Numbered from the stretch's first letter, positions 46,399 to 61,800 are shown. The stretch: DNA of 64,000 bases from Takakia lepidozioides (GCA_030704615.1 CM060733.1:23250001-23314000), one strand, 5' to 3'. Numbers and translations: made by a program. Notes: generated from the sequence alone by a model not told the origin.

Positions 46399-48848
46399 TC
46401 ATCTTCCGTCTTCCTTTTCTCTCTACCCTTGGTCAATAAGCAGCTTGCGTTTGAGACAGAGTTGGGGCAAATTGAGCAGCTGGGACTTTGCCAAGCTGGA
46501 TACCCATGTCACCTCTGCAACCTCACCTGCCAATCTGGCTACGCCCTTCTGTTTTGGGCTCTGGCAGGAGTTCTTCTCAGCTTCTTGACAGGGGTGGATT
46601 AACAGGTATGATAAGGCGAGCCTCTCTTCAGTTACTATGGGGAAAGGAGTTTGTTAAGTTTAGGGTTTTGTCACCACAACCTGCATAATGGTGTCTTATG
46701 GAACGGATTTATCCCCCATTTACTTACATGGATGACAATTTTGCAGTCTTAGAAATAGCAGAAAATTGATTGTGTTCAATATATGATCTCATGGAATATC
46801 ATGAGCACAGGATATGCTTAGCATAGGTGTGGTAGGGATGCTTTGGAGACCGGTGAGCAAATAATATGGGAAGGTCACTTGTGGGGACAGATGACTGCAT
46901 AAACTTATCGGAGAAAACTATTGACCCTGCAAAGTGAGGAAATCCGCGTTGAGCTGAAGGGGGTATATGGACCAGGGATGTGTCTGACATTTTGCGTTAA
47001 ATGACTTACAGGAGGACAGAAAGCTTTGCTACCGGGGCCAGAAGCTAATCATAGCTGATCAGCATGCCTCTCTCTGCATCATGAAGAACCTTCGTCTGGC
47101 ATATGGCTAAGCAATTGCTGAAGGGATGCCAACCACTGTCGCCACTCCCAACATGGAGTTTGTTGTCCTTGGGATTACTGGTGAATAAGAGGTACAAATT
47201 GGGTTGCTTCAAATGGGAGGATGGATTTATCACAATTCATCCTCGTTTTGTAGCAAAAAGCAGTGAAGTAGATTTGTGTTCTTGAATGCTAAAGCGACTA
47301 CTGCAGTTGCTGTGACTGTGCATGGTGATGGTGACAATTCAAGTGACTGGGGGCTTGAACTGAACAATGGAAAATATTGCAGAAGACTTGTTAACAGTTT
47401 CATTAGTACAGCAAAATGCAGCACAGAAAATGCTAATTAGTGGATCTCGACAGATCCAAAGACTCGGTGTGAGTGGTTTTCTGTGGTGGGCGAGGGATGT
47501 CAAGTATCTTGGTATGTGTTGACACCCTTCTGCTACAGGAGTTTGAGTATCCTTTAGTTTGATGACGACACTGTGGTGTTTAGTCCGCAAGCTTGCGTTT
47601 TCAGCTCCACAAATTACGGCATGTGCTAGGCTCTTGCTAGTTCAAGAGTCAGCTTATTATTGGGTCGAGGTTTGGATAGTTGTGGGGTTGACCATCATTT
47701 ATGCATATCACAGTGACAGTTGGAGTGCTGGCTAATAGTGTGTTCTGGTGTGCTTGTGTTGTGAGTGGAATCTTGGCACCAGATTTTGCCCCATAGCAAA
47801 GTCATGCATTGCGACTACATCCTTACAAGAATATCACAGGAAAGGGGAATCAACCCTGGAGTACGAATCGAGCTTCGCATACCACAATGATAGAAGCCAA
47901 GTCTGTGGTGAAAATTAGTAGTGATTATCAGGACCAGAATTCGGTTCGTCCTTGTCATGAACTGTTGATTGTTAGCCTGCAACACCCTACTCTCACGATC
48001 TCACTTGCACTCAAGCACTTGCACTTACACTCAGCATCTCCCCTTGTCATACTCCCATCTCAAGGGCACCTTCAACCTCTCTGCTCACAGGGCACCAGTA
48101 TATAATGTACATGTGACGACAAATGCACTGGCTTCAATAGTCGTACAACCCGAGACAGCCTCATACCCCAGGCTTTGGCTCTATCCACGTCTTTTTTAAG
48201 CTGTCATTGACTAAATAACTGTCATGTGGAAGTGGCCGCAAATGTAGTGGTTATGGAGATGATAGAGAGCACAGGCCTCAGGAGCTGAAGGCAAGGAAGC
48301 AGTGTATTGAAACTGCTACATGGTTTGAGCTTTCTTGCCGAACAAGAGCACACAAAAAGCTGTTGGGTAACCACAAATTGAGTGAGACACTAGTTGCACA
48401 AAGGTTGGTAGGGTAACAGGTAACTGGTCCCGGTGAAAGGAGACTTAAATTATACTCCAAATGACAATTGTCCATCCTCTTTAATGAGAATGGGCCATCA
48501 ACTCCTGCACCATTAGTACTCTCAAGAATAATTCACCATACACAGAATTGTATTGGTCCATCACCTTTCGTAGACGACTGCATTCCACACTTTAGTTTCA
48601 GGCTAGGATTGGCATACCTTGCCATCCCCTTTGCTGTGAAGATGGATTAGACTAAAATTATCCTGCCAAACTATGGATCTAACTGGGGTCAGACCAGGGC
48701 ACAAATGTACAGCTTGAGGTCATCAACCCATGTTCTCCTTTGGGCCCTACCATCAGCAAGTGTTCAATTGTGAGGCATAAATTAATAGATCCATAATAAT
48801 AATTCATAAATTAATCAGGATTGTTGAGAAAGAAAGTCTACAGGTAGC

Positions 48849-51800
48849 TCATAAAGGTTTGCGGCAGGTGATGATGGCAAACTTGATAAGCCCCATCTGG
48901 TAGCCCTGCACCATGTGAGCCATTGCAAAAGCTCCACGTAGTGTTGTCCACCCTACGATACCAGCCAGAATCAACACGTCAAGTCCACATGCCAGTATAA
49001 AAAGCATCACATGGGCTGGGGAGAGAATTGCCATCCTAGCTAGAGGCTAGCACCAGTGGAGCACTTTTTCTTTTGTCGCATTGTTGGATCCACACAAATG
49101 TAGGCAGATACACTGCCGCCTGGAGTTGCTGTGAGAGAGATGCCTGGTTTTTGATACACAATGGGGTCACATTCACCATGAAAGGCAGATCATTAGTAAG
49201 GCACTCAGAACAGTCATTGGTAATCCGATATGAAATTGTGAGGTAAGTTACCTGACTTTGCAAGGCCTGCCAAGCCTTTCAAGCTCAAGGCAGATTGCAC
49301 CACAGCTGGCCAAAATAAGGTCACGTATTCTGACCAATCATCACATCTGATATCCTGTTACAGATCCGGAGTACAGATCAGTATTTGTCATCTCAAATCT
49401 GTTCAGAGACCAGCCGTGACTCGTGCACTCCCAATGGTGGTTGTCGTTCAGGTGCGATCACTAGCAGCAAGAGAATCCATCGAATAGTCAGAAACTGCTG
49501 TAAGGTTATGTGTGCCACATGGTGCTAACCCAAACCCAAGTTACAAGACAATGCCATTTCTTGATCCCAATAAATTCATCTCGCATGCCAGCCAGGCTTA
49601 AAAACCAAAATATTGAAGCGATTCAGTTGTTTCTGACCTCCAGTGACAGCCCCTTTGCCAGTTTCACATAGTCAGATGGGGAGCACCACGCAGGCAAATA
49701 ATAAACATCACAAATCTTGTCCAGAAGCTCCTGCAGTACAAACAAGAGGTGTTGTTCAGGATACTTTGAATACAATAACCTTTTTAATCCTAGAATAAAA
49801 AACACAATCCTTGGCAATGTTGCTCCGACTGTGATCATAGCTGGAGACAAAATCTACATACAGACAGACAAAGAGACAAAATAACAGGTAGGGACTATTC
49901 TTATCATCCTTTACCTACAGAGCCTTTCAAAGCACCTACATGAACCAAAGTTGACATAAAACATAAATTTACAGATAATTTGACCACATCATATGCTTGA
50001 GCAGATAAAATCCTCAATCCATTCGAGAGAGGTTGCAAGTTACGGGGTGGAGCAGAAAGATGATTCAAAATGTACATTGAATTTCTCTATATTCAGAGAA
50101 AGGGAGCTAGCAGCAGGCCTTAGTCAAGAACATTTCATACTCTGAAGTAGACCAATGCACAGGGGAAGTAAAGACTAAATACCATACTTCCATATCCTCA
50201 CTATGTTGACCTGAATCCACAAGAGCAGAGAGTACACAATACCTGCTCCTCAGGTTTGAGGGACGTCTCACCCAGTTGGAGATCCCGATGACACCATGTC
50301 ACTATTATAATCCGACCGCCAGGTGCGGCCACGCGCGCTAGCTCTGACACAAACTTTACACCATCACACGTACAACTCTTAGCACTTCATAACTATGGTC
50401 AAGCTTTCAAGTTGGTCTCCATATTTGAGCATGGCTCTGTCCACCAATGGAATCTTGCAACAAATGCCTAAGTCTGTTGAAATACCCTGGAGCAGCCTTT
50501 GACAGTCCTTCCAGGAGCGAATAACATTTTGTCACAAAAAACTCTATACAAGGACAAATGCTGGGTGGATGGAAGACGGGTAGTCTTGTCATGTTGCCGA
50601 GAGTTAAATCGACAAAAAATCTTTCAAAGGGGAGCAGATTTAAACGAAATTGTGACATCTGGAGAGACAGAAGATTGACAAATGACAGGACTTGGTAACT
50701 CTTTCTGAAAGAGACACAAGCGTAGGTCATTTTCCAATGCAGAAAATCCTTAAAGCGATCGCGCAGGAGAGTTGATTCAGAAAATTGTGTAGCATCTGAA
50801 GCACTAAGGGAGTAATCAACACTTGTATCAAATTTTGTTCATGTCTTCAAAGGCAACGAGTTTTAATAGGACTTTGAGTTTCAAAATCTTCTTTACTTCA
50901 TGATCTTACCTTCTTCTTGTCAGGCATGTGCTCTCCACTCTCCATCGACCAGACCAGATCAAACGCACCACTAGCAAATGGCTGGTGCAAAGCATCTGCA
51001 ACCTGGAAAGTCACCTGTCTCCCCAGACAAAGAGAAGCAAACAGTGTGAATTGTAAAGCTGTATTCATCTCATTTCCATGTTTCTACAGGTATCATTGTG
51101 ACTTAGGCATTGTAAGAAGCTCACCGAATACAGAACAAGCTGCTTCAATCAAGCAGCGTTTATCCTGGCATGATGAAGACAACACCTCAATACGGTCTGG
51201 GAGTGATCTAGGAAGGAGGCTCTCAAGGTATCTAGCACAAAAACTGCTCCCTCTATCTTCCCTCATTCCTGATATTCTAGACATCTGACGAGAAACCATA
51301 AAGTAGGGCACTCCAAAGACACAGCATGGGCTTAAAAAGCAGCTGAAGACAACAGTGATTGCTTACTTAGCCTGTGCTACATACCAGATCTTCTAATCCT
51401 TGGGAAACGGTGATATCCGTGGCTCTCTGGGCTTGGACGGGGCTCAGTGTAATCGCATTCACTTTAGCCTTGTACTTGCGTGCCAAGTAACGGGCACTGC
51501 CACCAATCCCGCAGCCAACATCAACGACAGTGCGAGGTTTTTCTTTGTCGCTTTCTGTGTCATGAAGAAAAAAACTTTTGGTCATTTTCTTTTTGTCTGT
51601 TCCACTTCTAGTTTCGTTTCTTGAGACGATGGAGGCCTTAGATTGATGTTTTCAGCTGAGGCGACTTTCTAAACAGCGTAGCTGGTAATCCTCGACATCC
51701 AATTCTTTGGCAGACCTTTCGCCTTGACCTTAAAACCGGGCAGCGCCGAGTCTAAGCCCTAGAGATCCAAAATTTAGGCAATCCCGACACTTTAAACAGC

Positions 51801-52253
51801 TGGATGTTAGTTTCTGTGGAATTTCGCAACGACACAACCAGGTGAAAGGAAATTCACCGAACTCCGGGCACAAGTACCAGGAACATTGGCGTACTGAAGA
51901 GTGTTTTCAATCATCTTGATCTGAGCAAGCCGGTGGTCGACATCAGTCGTGCCGGCGTCAGGTTCATAATATCCATGGTGCATATGCTCTCCCCACATGT
52001 CTTCCCACACTCCAGAAGAAGAATCATAGAATTTCGCAATCCCTTCATTGAGCTCTGGCACAGTGCGCTGTGCGGCATTGCAAACGCACAACTTTCTGCA
52101 GGATAAATTCGCAGATGTCCAAGGCTTGCGGGCCGCAGGAAAAATGCTCGAGACTGCTACCTGCGGGGATGGAGAGAAAGAATCGCAGCGAACAAGTGCC
52201 ACAGCAGCGTGCAGAGAAGCAATCTGCGAGCCTGCCCAGCACGCCGTGGCCAT
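48849..52253 (-). CDS. VTE4: Gamma-tocopherol methyltransferase, 7 exons
   Basis: GIAKFYDSSSGVWEDMWGEHMHHGYY, VVDVGCGIGGS, FDLVWSMESGEHMPDK, VAAPGGRIIIVTWCHR, YYLPAWCS, GWTTLRGA, GLIKFAIITCRKP. Confidence 0.95.
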
Positions 52254-53054
52254 CGCAGCAGATTGCTCTCCCTCTCCTCTCTCGTTGCAGAAAGCATAAG
52301 TAAACACGATGGTAACAAATTCTGTTAGGGGATCGATCGATCGACGAAGCATATTCCACGTGGATGCAACATTTGCCACACCCTTACCACGTGGTCATGT
52401 GCATACCAACTGATCGGACTGTGTTTGTTTTCGAAAGGATCACACGGGTAGGCTGTTGAAACAATCACCAGACGCTGCCATTCGTGCAATCGTTTCCAGG
52501 ACATGAACTGAAGAATTTCGTGACCTCGGATCGCCCGAAGATCGACAATCAAGCTCGGGGCTTTTGCAGATTATCGAACAGTAGAGGACTTGAAATTATA
52601 TTTCAGGACACGAGTGACAATTCTTGCAAGAAAATTCTTTGTAAAAACTTGGAGAATCTGACTTCAGAAAAACTTTGTAGATGCTCAAGTACATCCAAAT
52701 GTCAACAGGTCTAGCAAGCATGTATGATTCAATCGACTTCTCCTCCTGCCATTGCTACCTAGTCTGCTTGAGTTCTGCTTTTTTGAGATTTCTGAAAACT
52801 TATAGATGCTGAGACAAATTTGTACACTTGCAAATCCGTTGCCTAGGCAATGATATGAACATCAGCCGGGAGAGCAACAACCTCGCAACGACCAGCAGTA
52901 AAGTACTGTACCTAGGAGCTCATGATCTGTGTCCGACACTACGGACCACATGAGAAAATAGAAAAACCAAGGCGCACTTCGAGACCAACTTGAGATTGAA
53001 ATTCTGGTTGAGCTCGTTTGAAGTGCACGCAATTATATCCTTCAAAATATCTAC

Positions 53055-53903
53055 TCACGAGTCAACCAGGAATCGAGATATGAAACTGACAGCAGCAATC
53101 CCAGCTACTACGTTGAAGAAGGAAACACCATGCATTGAGGCTCCGCTTGGCGGCGCGGGTGGTATGCCTGAACTCGGGCCTGGCGGCTCTAGAGGGACAA
53201 CCGATTCAGGTGTTGGTGCAGGACCTGGTGAAGCGCCGCTGACCGGTGGCCGGATGGAGGGTGTGGGGGCTGGAGATTTGGTGGGAGTCGGCGCGATGGA
53301 GGGTCTCGGGGCTGGAGAAGGAGCAGGAGCAGGGGGTGGTGGTGCAACGCCGCTACCATACAGTGTGCTGTTGAGCACTCCACTGATGGCATGACACGAG
53401 ACCAAGGTAGTGTTGCATATGTCTTTTTTGATGATGCGTACGTTGTCCACCGTGTAGTGCGTAGTGCTGTTGCTCGTCACGATGATATACCCGCCACTAC
53501 CAAGCAAAGTAGGCAGATCACTGCCCACAGGGAGCTCAGTGAGAGCCGTGAAATTGTACTGCTTTGTTGCGACATGATACTCCACCAACTGTGTCATATT
53601 GGATACGCTGGGAAGGGCAGCATTTATCGCCGAGTCGTCAGGTGCAAAAATGGTGATTCCAGACGCAGGCACTGTCAAACTGGCAGCCGCGCTTGTCGCC
53701 TCTGTTTGGAGAATGGCTGCAAAAGTACCTAATCCGTGAGACCGCAAAGAATTCAGGACATCCTGTATCTCAGTTTGTGATACTACAGCTGCAGCCGGAT
53801 TGAGTAGTGAAGCTGAAAAGACCAGAAATATAATTAGTACCAGCTGTTTCAGAAAAGTGAGATCATGGCCGACACCATGTCTGCCATTCAAACCTGCAGC
53901 CAT
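53055..53903 (-). CDS. Fasciclin-like arabinogalactan protein (one FAS1 domain, Pro-rich region, probable GPI signal)
   Basis: Signal peptide, TIFAPDDSA (H1), YHV, CHAISGVL (H2), AP/SP/TP repeats and a hydrophobic C-tail. Confidence 0.92.
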   Translation of the reverse strand: MAAGLNGRHGVGHDLTFLKQLVLIIFLVFSASLLNPAAAVVSQTEIQDVLNSLRSHGLGTFAAILQTEATSAAASLTVPASGITIFAPDDSAINAALPSVSNMTQLVEYHVATKQYNFTALTELPVGSDLPTLLGSGGYIIVTSNSTTHYTVDNVRIIKKDICNTTLVSCHAISGVLNSTLYGSGVAPPPPAPAPSPAPRPSIAPTPTKSPAPTPSIRPPVSGASPGPAPTPESVVPLEPPGPSSGIPPAPPSGASMHGVSFFNVVAGIAAVSFISRFLVDS

Positions 53904-55814
53904 GCCGAGCTGATTTTGTGCTATCGATCGATGTTTGCACGGTGTTCCGAGGCGCTCCAGTGTTGTGGTCGGCTACTTAGATCATGAGATTCAACCTGTC
54001 TGAGCTCTCTTGATCTGCTCTCTATCCTCCTCCCAAAATCCTGCGCTCGTATAGTACATGTGATGACTCTAGATCTCTTCCGAACAAATAGACAGGTTTT
54101 GAAATTGCAGATCTATACTGGCCCGATGTTCTTCTATATGGCGATCAGAACTGCTTCGACTCATTCATGTGGGTGTTTAGGAGCTAGCGAGTCTAATAAT
54201 CTGTGAAAACCATCGAGTAAACAGGCAAACTATTTAAGTCCAGCTACTCTTGATAATCGAGTGACGACTTGTCTGAGATGCCCGGACTCAGCATGCACCT
54301 AGCCAAAAATCATAACCGACGTTACATTTCCCTTTAGTCTAGTGATCTCGACATGCGTCTACTAGTTGCGAATCACAATCGGATCTTCCAAGTCCCCCTC
54401 TCTCCGATGATTAGATCCGATGACTCTCAGATTTTCATCAGTTCCTTCAAAATCCAGAAAAGAGGACATGAAGTTCAACAACAGAAACAGAGAATTCACC
54501 AAGTATGGAACAGGCAGTTGGACTCGAAACGTGGCAAACCCGCGCATTGCATGCTCCATCCAGAGACACGCCAGATCGCTGCCTCGTCCGCTGACCCCAC
54601 CCCCTCGTCTAGATATGTGGCAGCAATGTAAGGGAGCCCACATTTAGTAACTGTGGAATCGAAGAACATCTATATAAGAAAGAGCCTCTGCAATCATCTC
54701 TCAGAACCTGGAGAGCTTCTCCAGACGAGAGTGAAAGCTCGTCGCTCTGCTGCCCTGCACTCTGACGCGTGGGTGCTTCAACGACGACGCAGTAGGAACG
54801 ACTGCTGAACGACCGCCTAGTTCCGACGAACGAGACTCGAAGTGGACGGATGAGTCTCTGAACGTTCGAATGGTTGGTGATGGCAGTTAGGGTTAGGGCC
54901 TCACGGGACCGCCGTAGCGCGTCGTTCGGCAGCGAGAAGGGGCTAATAAGGGCAGCAGGGCGGGCAGGAGACAGAAAACGTGCATCTCGTTGAGAATTCA
55001 CGGGCAGCCCACTTCCAGGTGAAGAATTTCCAATTTTGCCCTAGATGCCCGAGGCCCCCAGACATTTGCGTCTGCCCAATTCTCTCGACCCTGGCCCAAC
55101 GATAATTCATCCAGATGCTGTACTTCCGTCTGTGAAGACTACGGAACAGAGTAATTTATGGATGATATAGTGAGACGTAACGATCAGTGTTCATCCACCG
55201 TTGGCTTCTTTCTTCTAAGGGAAGCTGCCCGGGAGCCCGGAGATGCAGACGGGCAGAGCCAAGTCTCGCGACCCCCTGTCCACGGGAGCCGATGTACGTG
55301 CGGTCCTGCACAATCAGCGCGTGCCACATGGCCTCTACATATGATTTTGCGCGGGAGTTTGGGATTGAAGGTCCGAGCGATGGCGATGAAGGCAGCACGC
55401 ATCATGAAATCATGAGGGTTTGAGCAGATCGAGACTGATCTCAGTTAAGAGAATGCTGGAGCCTTCTTGTTGCGCTCAGAGATTGCCAAGGAGCCGATTT
55501 TCTCGAGCCCTCATGAATAATGTCAGCATGTACATATATACAGTGCTCAACAAGGATCGGTGTGACCAGTGCCAATTTATCAGTGTGAAGTACTTCACGA
55601 AATTTGTGGGTGTGAAAGTTTCTCGCAACCGTCAGTGAATTCTTCGATTGCGTGTGCAGATTATAGAGACTTTAACAGTGCACTGAGGAGCTCAAAGTAG
55701 AGGTTGTGAACGCTCATTGTTTTAACCGCAAGTAGCAACACCGCTGGTCACACGGATCTGCTCTGATGTTTTCAGAGTTGAGATGGTTTCCACACAGGCA
55801 GAAACAGATAGGTC

Positions 55815-58800
55815 ATGAGCTTAAGTGAACTCATCGAGTTTGCAGAGAGAGAAATAAGGACACTGAAGTCTGGATTCACTAAGGAAATACCGCCGTGAAA
55901 TTCTCATCCTGGCAAAGCGGGCTAAATTTTCTCCGATAGCGCCAGATTGCAACGCAGGTCACCTGGGTGAACTAATCGAAATTGCAGAAAATCCTGAAGG
56001 AAAGAGAGAGATGGAAAATTTGAGTCTAGAACTTGAGAGACGATTGAAGGCGTTGGTCTCTCCCAGTGAAAAATCTTCTGGCAGCAGAGAGCCACGGGAA
56101 TTTTCGGTTCCTCTTATCCATGGTAACGAAGGCCTCATTGATGACCTTACGTGCATTCATGGCTTGAGCAATTAGATACCTGAAGAGTGATAGACAGAAT
56201 CGGCGGGAATCACCGCATATATGCTTTCTCTTTGTTACAAGACTTTTGGCGACGAAGACCATGATTCACTGTAGATAGCTTATCCGTAGCTCCTCTGTCA
56301 ACACATGAGACTTATGAGCTGATCAACAGAGCAATGCCCTGCACACAGATTGGTCTCAGGATTATATCTGGAGCGAGAGAACGAGGGTAAAGGGGAATGA
56401 GGTCTATCTCAGATTATCCCAGCTTCGACATAGATGCGGAGCCAAATTATGCTGATGTGGCAGAGTTGCTATTTAATCTTTTGGAAACAACACATTTCAA
56501 GGAGTATATATATATATATAATCCGAGGTTTTCAACTGTTTGGTCTCCAGGAAAACATTAGAGAAGATAGGCAGAGATGCACAGAGAGCTCATTAACTCA
56601 GAACGAGCTGTTTGTATATGCATGCACATGCTCGTAGACAATTGAGACTGACGGGCAATATCGATTCCAAGACTGCAATGTACATACAGACTAGGACCTC
56701 TATGAGAAGTCAAATTATGCTGAACATTGTCTCTATATATAAATGGATATGTAGAGATACATTATCCACGATCCACAAGTCATCGCCTTCATTGGCTTAG
56801 ACTTCTCCATGCATCAAGTGAAAGCTTAGGTGGGGCACTATGATAGAAAGACAAAAATTTCTATAAACCTTATATATTATAAAGTTACCTGTACACGTTA
56901 GCTCTTTGGGCTTCCTCGTGTGGAGAGAGGTACAGAGAGAGATCTAAAGAGGTTTAAGGAAGGAAGAAGAAAAGTTGAACTTAAGCGTCAGGAGGCCTGA
57001 GAGAAGAAATAGCCTTAAGTAATGTCCAAGCTTCAACACATTGTAGACTTCAGGCAGCCGCAGGTTGATATAGGACTACTTGTTTTCAATTTGAAGTATC
57101 TAGATATAAATAGTACAGAAGTCCCTCATGGTGGACACTCGATTTGAACAGACCAGAGACAAAAGTAGAATAAGGGGAATTGAGTCCTGACCGATCGTCC
57201 ATGTGCAGAGCTCGATCTTCTGAGATCCTCATTGTCATTCTAGCAGTTTAGAAGAGAAAAACCATGGCAAACACCCTGCATGCAGTGCTCATCAGGTTGA
57301 ATTGGAACTCCTAGCTGTTCATTGCATCACTCAGCTGTAGTGGTAACCTCCGCGTAGCACGATGACGATGACCGACACTCATCAGATGAGTTCCAATAAA
57401 TATGAGTACTGCTTGACAAGCAAGGCCTAAAATTAGTTAGACCAGTTGAGGTGCTATTGATCCTAGCTCCAACTTTGAAATCAGTTTCAATGATGACTAA
57501 GAAAGGTTGTTCAAACAACTTTATTATACCTTTAGACTATGGGACACTTAAGCTGAAAGCCAGGAAATCCTATCGGTAAGTGAAAGGTCAGCTAGTTGAA
57601 TGCGATCGCCAGCGACCTCAGGAACACCAGAAACACGGTATGAACACGGTATGAACATTCAGTCCACTCTCGAAATTAGGTCTAGATCTCATTGTCCAAA
57701 TTTGGTACCTTCAGATTGAATCAGAAGACTGGTGCCTTCTCCATATCAAGAGTGTGCGAGTTTGAGCTGAAGTCCGCATCTGAATCCTAGGGTGTTGCCG
57801 GTCATTTATTCCTTGTCATCTCCTGTGCTGGATGTGTACATGTATATATCGTAAAAGAAAACATGTCCCTACTAGACATTGCTTGCAATAGCATTAAGGT
57901 GTTGGAGTTTATGGTAAGCTGCAGGGGCCAAGAAAGTGCCTATGCGATTGGCATCTTCACATGCATGGAGACTTCCCCTCTACATGACCAGTGGCCACAT
58001 TTTACCAAAGATGTCTTAGTCCAGCAAAAGCCTGCCAGATCCAGTACGTTTTGCCGCCATACTCTCGTATTAGTATCACTCGTGGAGGAATTTCAGTACA
58101 ATAATACTATCCTAGGCTCAAAGTAGTGCCATAACACACTCAACCAAAATAGATTCCTAGGTTTTCTACTGATATTCATCCGTAATGAAGTGTCCTTTTT
58201 TTAACAAAGATCGTCTACATGTGTTTACAGAAAAAGATGGCACAAGGAGCAGGTGATCCTGGTAGATGGTCTGACTTAGCAGGGGCGGAGGAAGCCCAAA
58301 AGTCCAGCTTTTATGATACTCTGGACTGGTGCGTATTTGATCGCAAGGATGTTGACCATTATATTTCGTGGCTATCTTGAGGTCATGCCTATCTGTCAAT
58401 CATCAAACCAACTGTATGCTTTCTGGGCATATAGTTTTTAGTTGAGTTCTGCCGGTTGGGCCATTGCCAATTGGACTTTGACAGGTGGTGAGATTGTTTG
58501 GGCTTAGGGAATCTGGCAACAATGAGGTTATTGACAGTCCACCGGATTTGGCAGGAGAAATTGATCTCCCCTTGAAACAATTCAGGACCCAGGAATTGAG
58601 GTATTCACCGTTGCTCTGTATGTTCATATCCAAGTTTCAGTGGACAGTCACAGGCTGTGTGCTACAAGGAAATTGGATTTGTCCTCTCCAGAGATTCATC
58701 CAACTATGATATCATGCTTCTTTGAAATTCCTCTTTCCTAAAGATCAAAGCTTGTATGCATATATTCTTTTCAGTTGGATTTGGGTTATGAGCTCTAGGT

Positions 58801-61800
58801 GAGTCATGCTTTAAATCTTGTCGTCTTGAGGAACTGAAGCAGACAATCAAAACATACAGAGGCAGAGACTTGCCCTATTGATGCGGATGACGACCATGAA
58901 GGTTCAGAGGAGACCAGTAGTTCCACAGACGAGACTCCCATCCACCAGCAACAAGACAGCTCACCTCTTGACGCAGGAGAGGAGCTGAAAGATTTGGATG
59001 AACTCCACTTCTCTATGCCTGCACAATTGCAAATTGGTGCCATGCCCTCAGGTTCGAATCTGATTCATGACAGCAATGGAGGTGAGGAAGTTCAGGTTAA
59101 CCCACAATGCCAGCAGGCAGACACCACATGTCCGAAAGGAAGTACGGATGAAGGGAATTATCCCCTTTCACCATCCTTCAAGAGAAACTGGAAATTTCTG
59201 GACGAACAAGGTGCTTTGCGAATCACTCGGAGTTTTGATTCAAATTGTAGAGAGGCAGGGTGGGGGAGGGGCAAGGAGACTTTCGGATGCAACTGTATAT
59301 ATGTTCACGAAAACAGTAAAGACACTGAGGTTGGAGGAGGGGAGAGTCTATCAAAAAGGAAGCGAAAAAAGAAAGCGAATTTGCACTTGGAGGCCGCAAA
59401 TGAGAGTATGAATCCCATGGTCTCAGACAAAGTGTGTGAGGTGGAGAAACCCATGAGGCCACCTGCCACCAGCCTCAACTTGGATGGAGATGAGGCAGAG
59501 TTGCAAATCAACGGAGAGGTTGGAGAGTATGAAAATGCAGAACAGGAGATGAAAGAGACAATCATGCAACAGAAAAAGAAAAGACTGGTGATTACAACTA
59601 GAAAGGAAGGATTTTCACAGCCCTTGTCTTTGATAATCCCCGACAAGAAGCAGAAGGCATGTTCCAGTGAATCCCAAACAAGTTTTAGCATGAAATCCAT
59701 TACAAGGGGGGGCGAGTTAAATGCAAGCCCACTCCAGAGCTCCCCGTTGAAATCACATGTTCAGACTCATGAAGAATTGCTGCCATCTCATGATGTTGTA
59801 GAAAGCGGGCAAAGCAGTGTGACCTGCAGCTCTGCTCGGAACATTTCGATTCTCCGAAAAAGACTGAAGGATGCTGCCAATTATGAGCGTATGACCTCTC
59901 CTCCAGTTCTCTTGGTCCCTCCTCCCCACAAGTAATTTAGGCTACTGACTGTCTCAATGTCTGTTGCATCTTGAAGAGCAAGTGAATTGAACCAATTTAT
60001 CATGACCTGTTACATAGTATATGAATCTTGTAACTTCTGAATTGTGTGAGGATTGTCCTGGTTTGAAATTTCAGTCAAATGTTAACTGGGTGGTTGTTGC
60101 TGGAAACCTTGCACATGTAGTTTGTCAGCAGCAATACATGCAGTTCCTGAGTTTGAAGGTTTCTCAATGTCACAGGGGTGTTTGAAGTTTTTACATTAGT
60201 CTTAGAGAATGAAGTAAAGCATCAGAGGGACCAACTGAGATAGCCTTGATTCAGAAAGACAACCCCAAAGTCAAATATCGAGCACATTGGAGAAAGGATC
60301 ACAGAGGTCTATCCAAGGGAATGCAGATGAAGAATCAAAAAGAGTGTTGGACAACAATGTCATACAGATCGTTCAAAAGGTACCCTCTGGATACACCCCT
60401 GTAAGATAATGGAAGAAATTGTGATTCTCAACTTCTCTTGACAACCGTTACCTGTAGTTCTCCAGATCTCTCAGTCTCTCCTCTACTATTTGGAAGGCTC
60501 ATTCCAGTCATGCGCCCTGCCTTGATAAATAGAGGTGCTTCGTTGATTCTGTTATTTTTTTGCTCTTCTCTCATTCCCTTTCCCTTCTTGTGCCCCTTTC
60601 CACTCTGTTGGATGCATTGGTGACTGCAGTGAGTCCCATAAAGATGGGCAAGTTCAAATGAGTGCTCTTGGGATCATCTCTATCTCCTCTCCATGTCAGA
60701 GATAGATGATTAATCCATCAGCAGTCCTTTTATACAGATTTTCAATTTTGTAGTTGGCGAGCTTGGTGATTTGCTACTGATTAGGTTTCTTCTGGTGACT
60801 CCGTTGAGACGACATTTCGTAAAAAGACTTCCGCTGTGTATGATAGATCTCGAGAGCTACACCAACTGAACCCATCGTACCACAATCTTCTTTACAACTG
60901 ACAGTCGTACAACAACCTGCAGGGCTAGCGGTGTCACAACTACAAAAGAAGGTGTGTAAGTCATACCTTCTCACGAAGTTCTACTCCAGATTTTCTCGGG
61001 AATGTCTGATACTTGGATTGACATCTCTCCCTGACAGTACTTTATATTTCACTCTAACAAATGCAATTAATCACAGACGATGAGACCTTCAAGGGTGTGG
61101 GAAATTTTTTAAGAACACAATCTTTTCCACCGCATTTTTGGGCTACATCGGCAATCTGTAAAATCAATGATAGAGTCCAATAGACCCCTTCTTCACATAC
61201 ACTCACATATAGAAATGAGTAAGAAGAGTCACCATAGGTGGAGGAGCTGACAGCACAAGTCGTGGATGAGAAGCGGCAACGACAAGTAGTTACAAAGCGA
61301 TTGGCAGAGCATGGGCATGAAGCTGAGAAAAGTGCACAACTTAAACAAGAAGTCTGGGATGCCAAGTTTCGGGAGCTACAGAAGGAGAAGTACACATTGT
61401 CCATTCGTCTCCAGGTTTCCTCATCAATCACCAAGCAATAATGTCTTCACTCAAATTCAGATTAATGATTCAGTTCTGAGTCTTCCACGCCTGAACCAGC
61501 ACTAAAGGGAGGGCTTGCAAAAAAGTTGCTCAGAGAGACAGCATATGAGGGGAGGATGGAGGGATACAGGGATGAAGAGATGGAGAGAGAGAACTAGACA
61601 AATGTCACCTTATTTTTAAAGGTGTCTAGCAATCCAGTGGTGCATGCAACTGTTTAGATCTCTCTTGATACTGGAATGAGACTGTCATTTGAAGGTCTGA
61701 TGGTCAGTTGTGAGGGCTGTCAACCATCTGGGGCAGTCGACAGAGACTGCACACCTGGCATCCTTGTTGGCTGGGCGAGGGGCATCACTGCAGGAGGTGC

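Noticed and set aside
46780-47520. Degenerate lectin-like coding remnant (GLELNNGKYCRRL)
   Set aside because: The frames are fragmented and the similarity is too weak to call.
54670-55020. miRNA or ncRNA after a TATA box and near a telo-box-like TTAGGGTTAGGG
   Set aside because: Only a ~10-bp inverted repeat is present and no known mature miRNA was recognised.
55620-55735. AACCG (DUO1-type MYB) sites upstream of the CEP162-like gene
   Set aside because: Five-base motifs are expected by chance.
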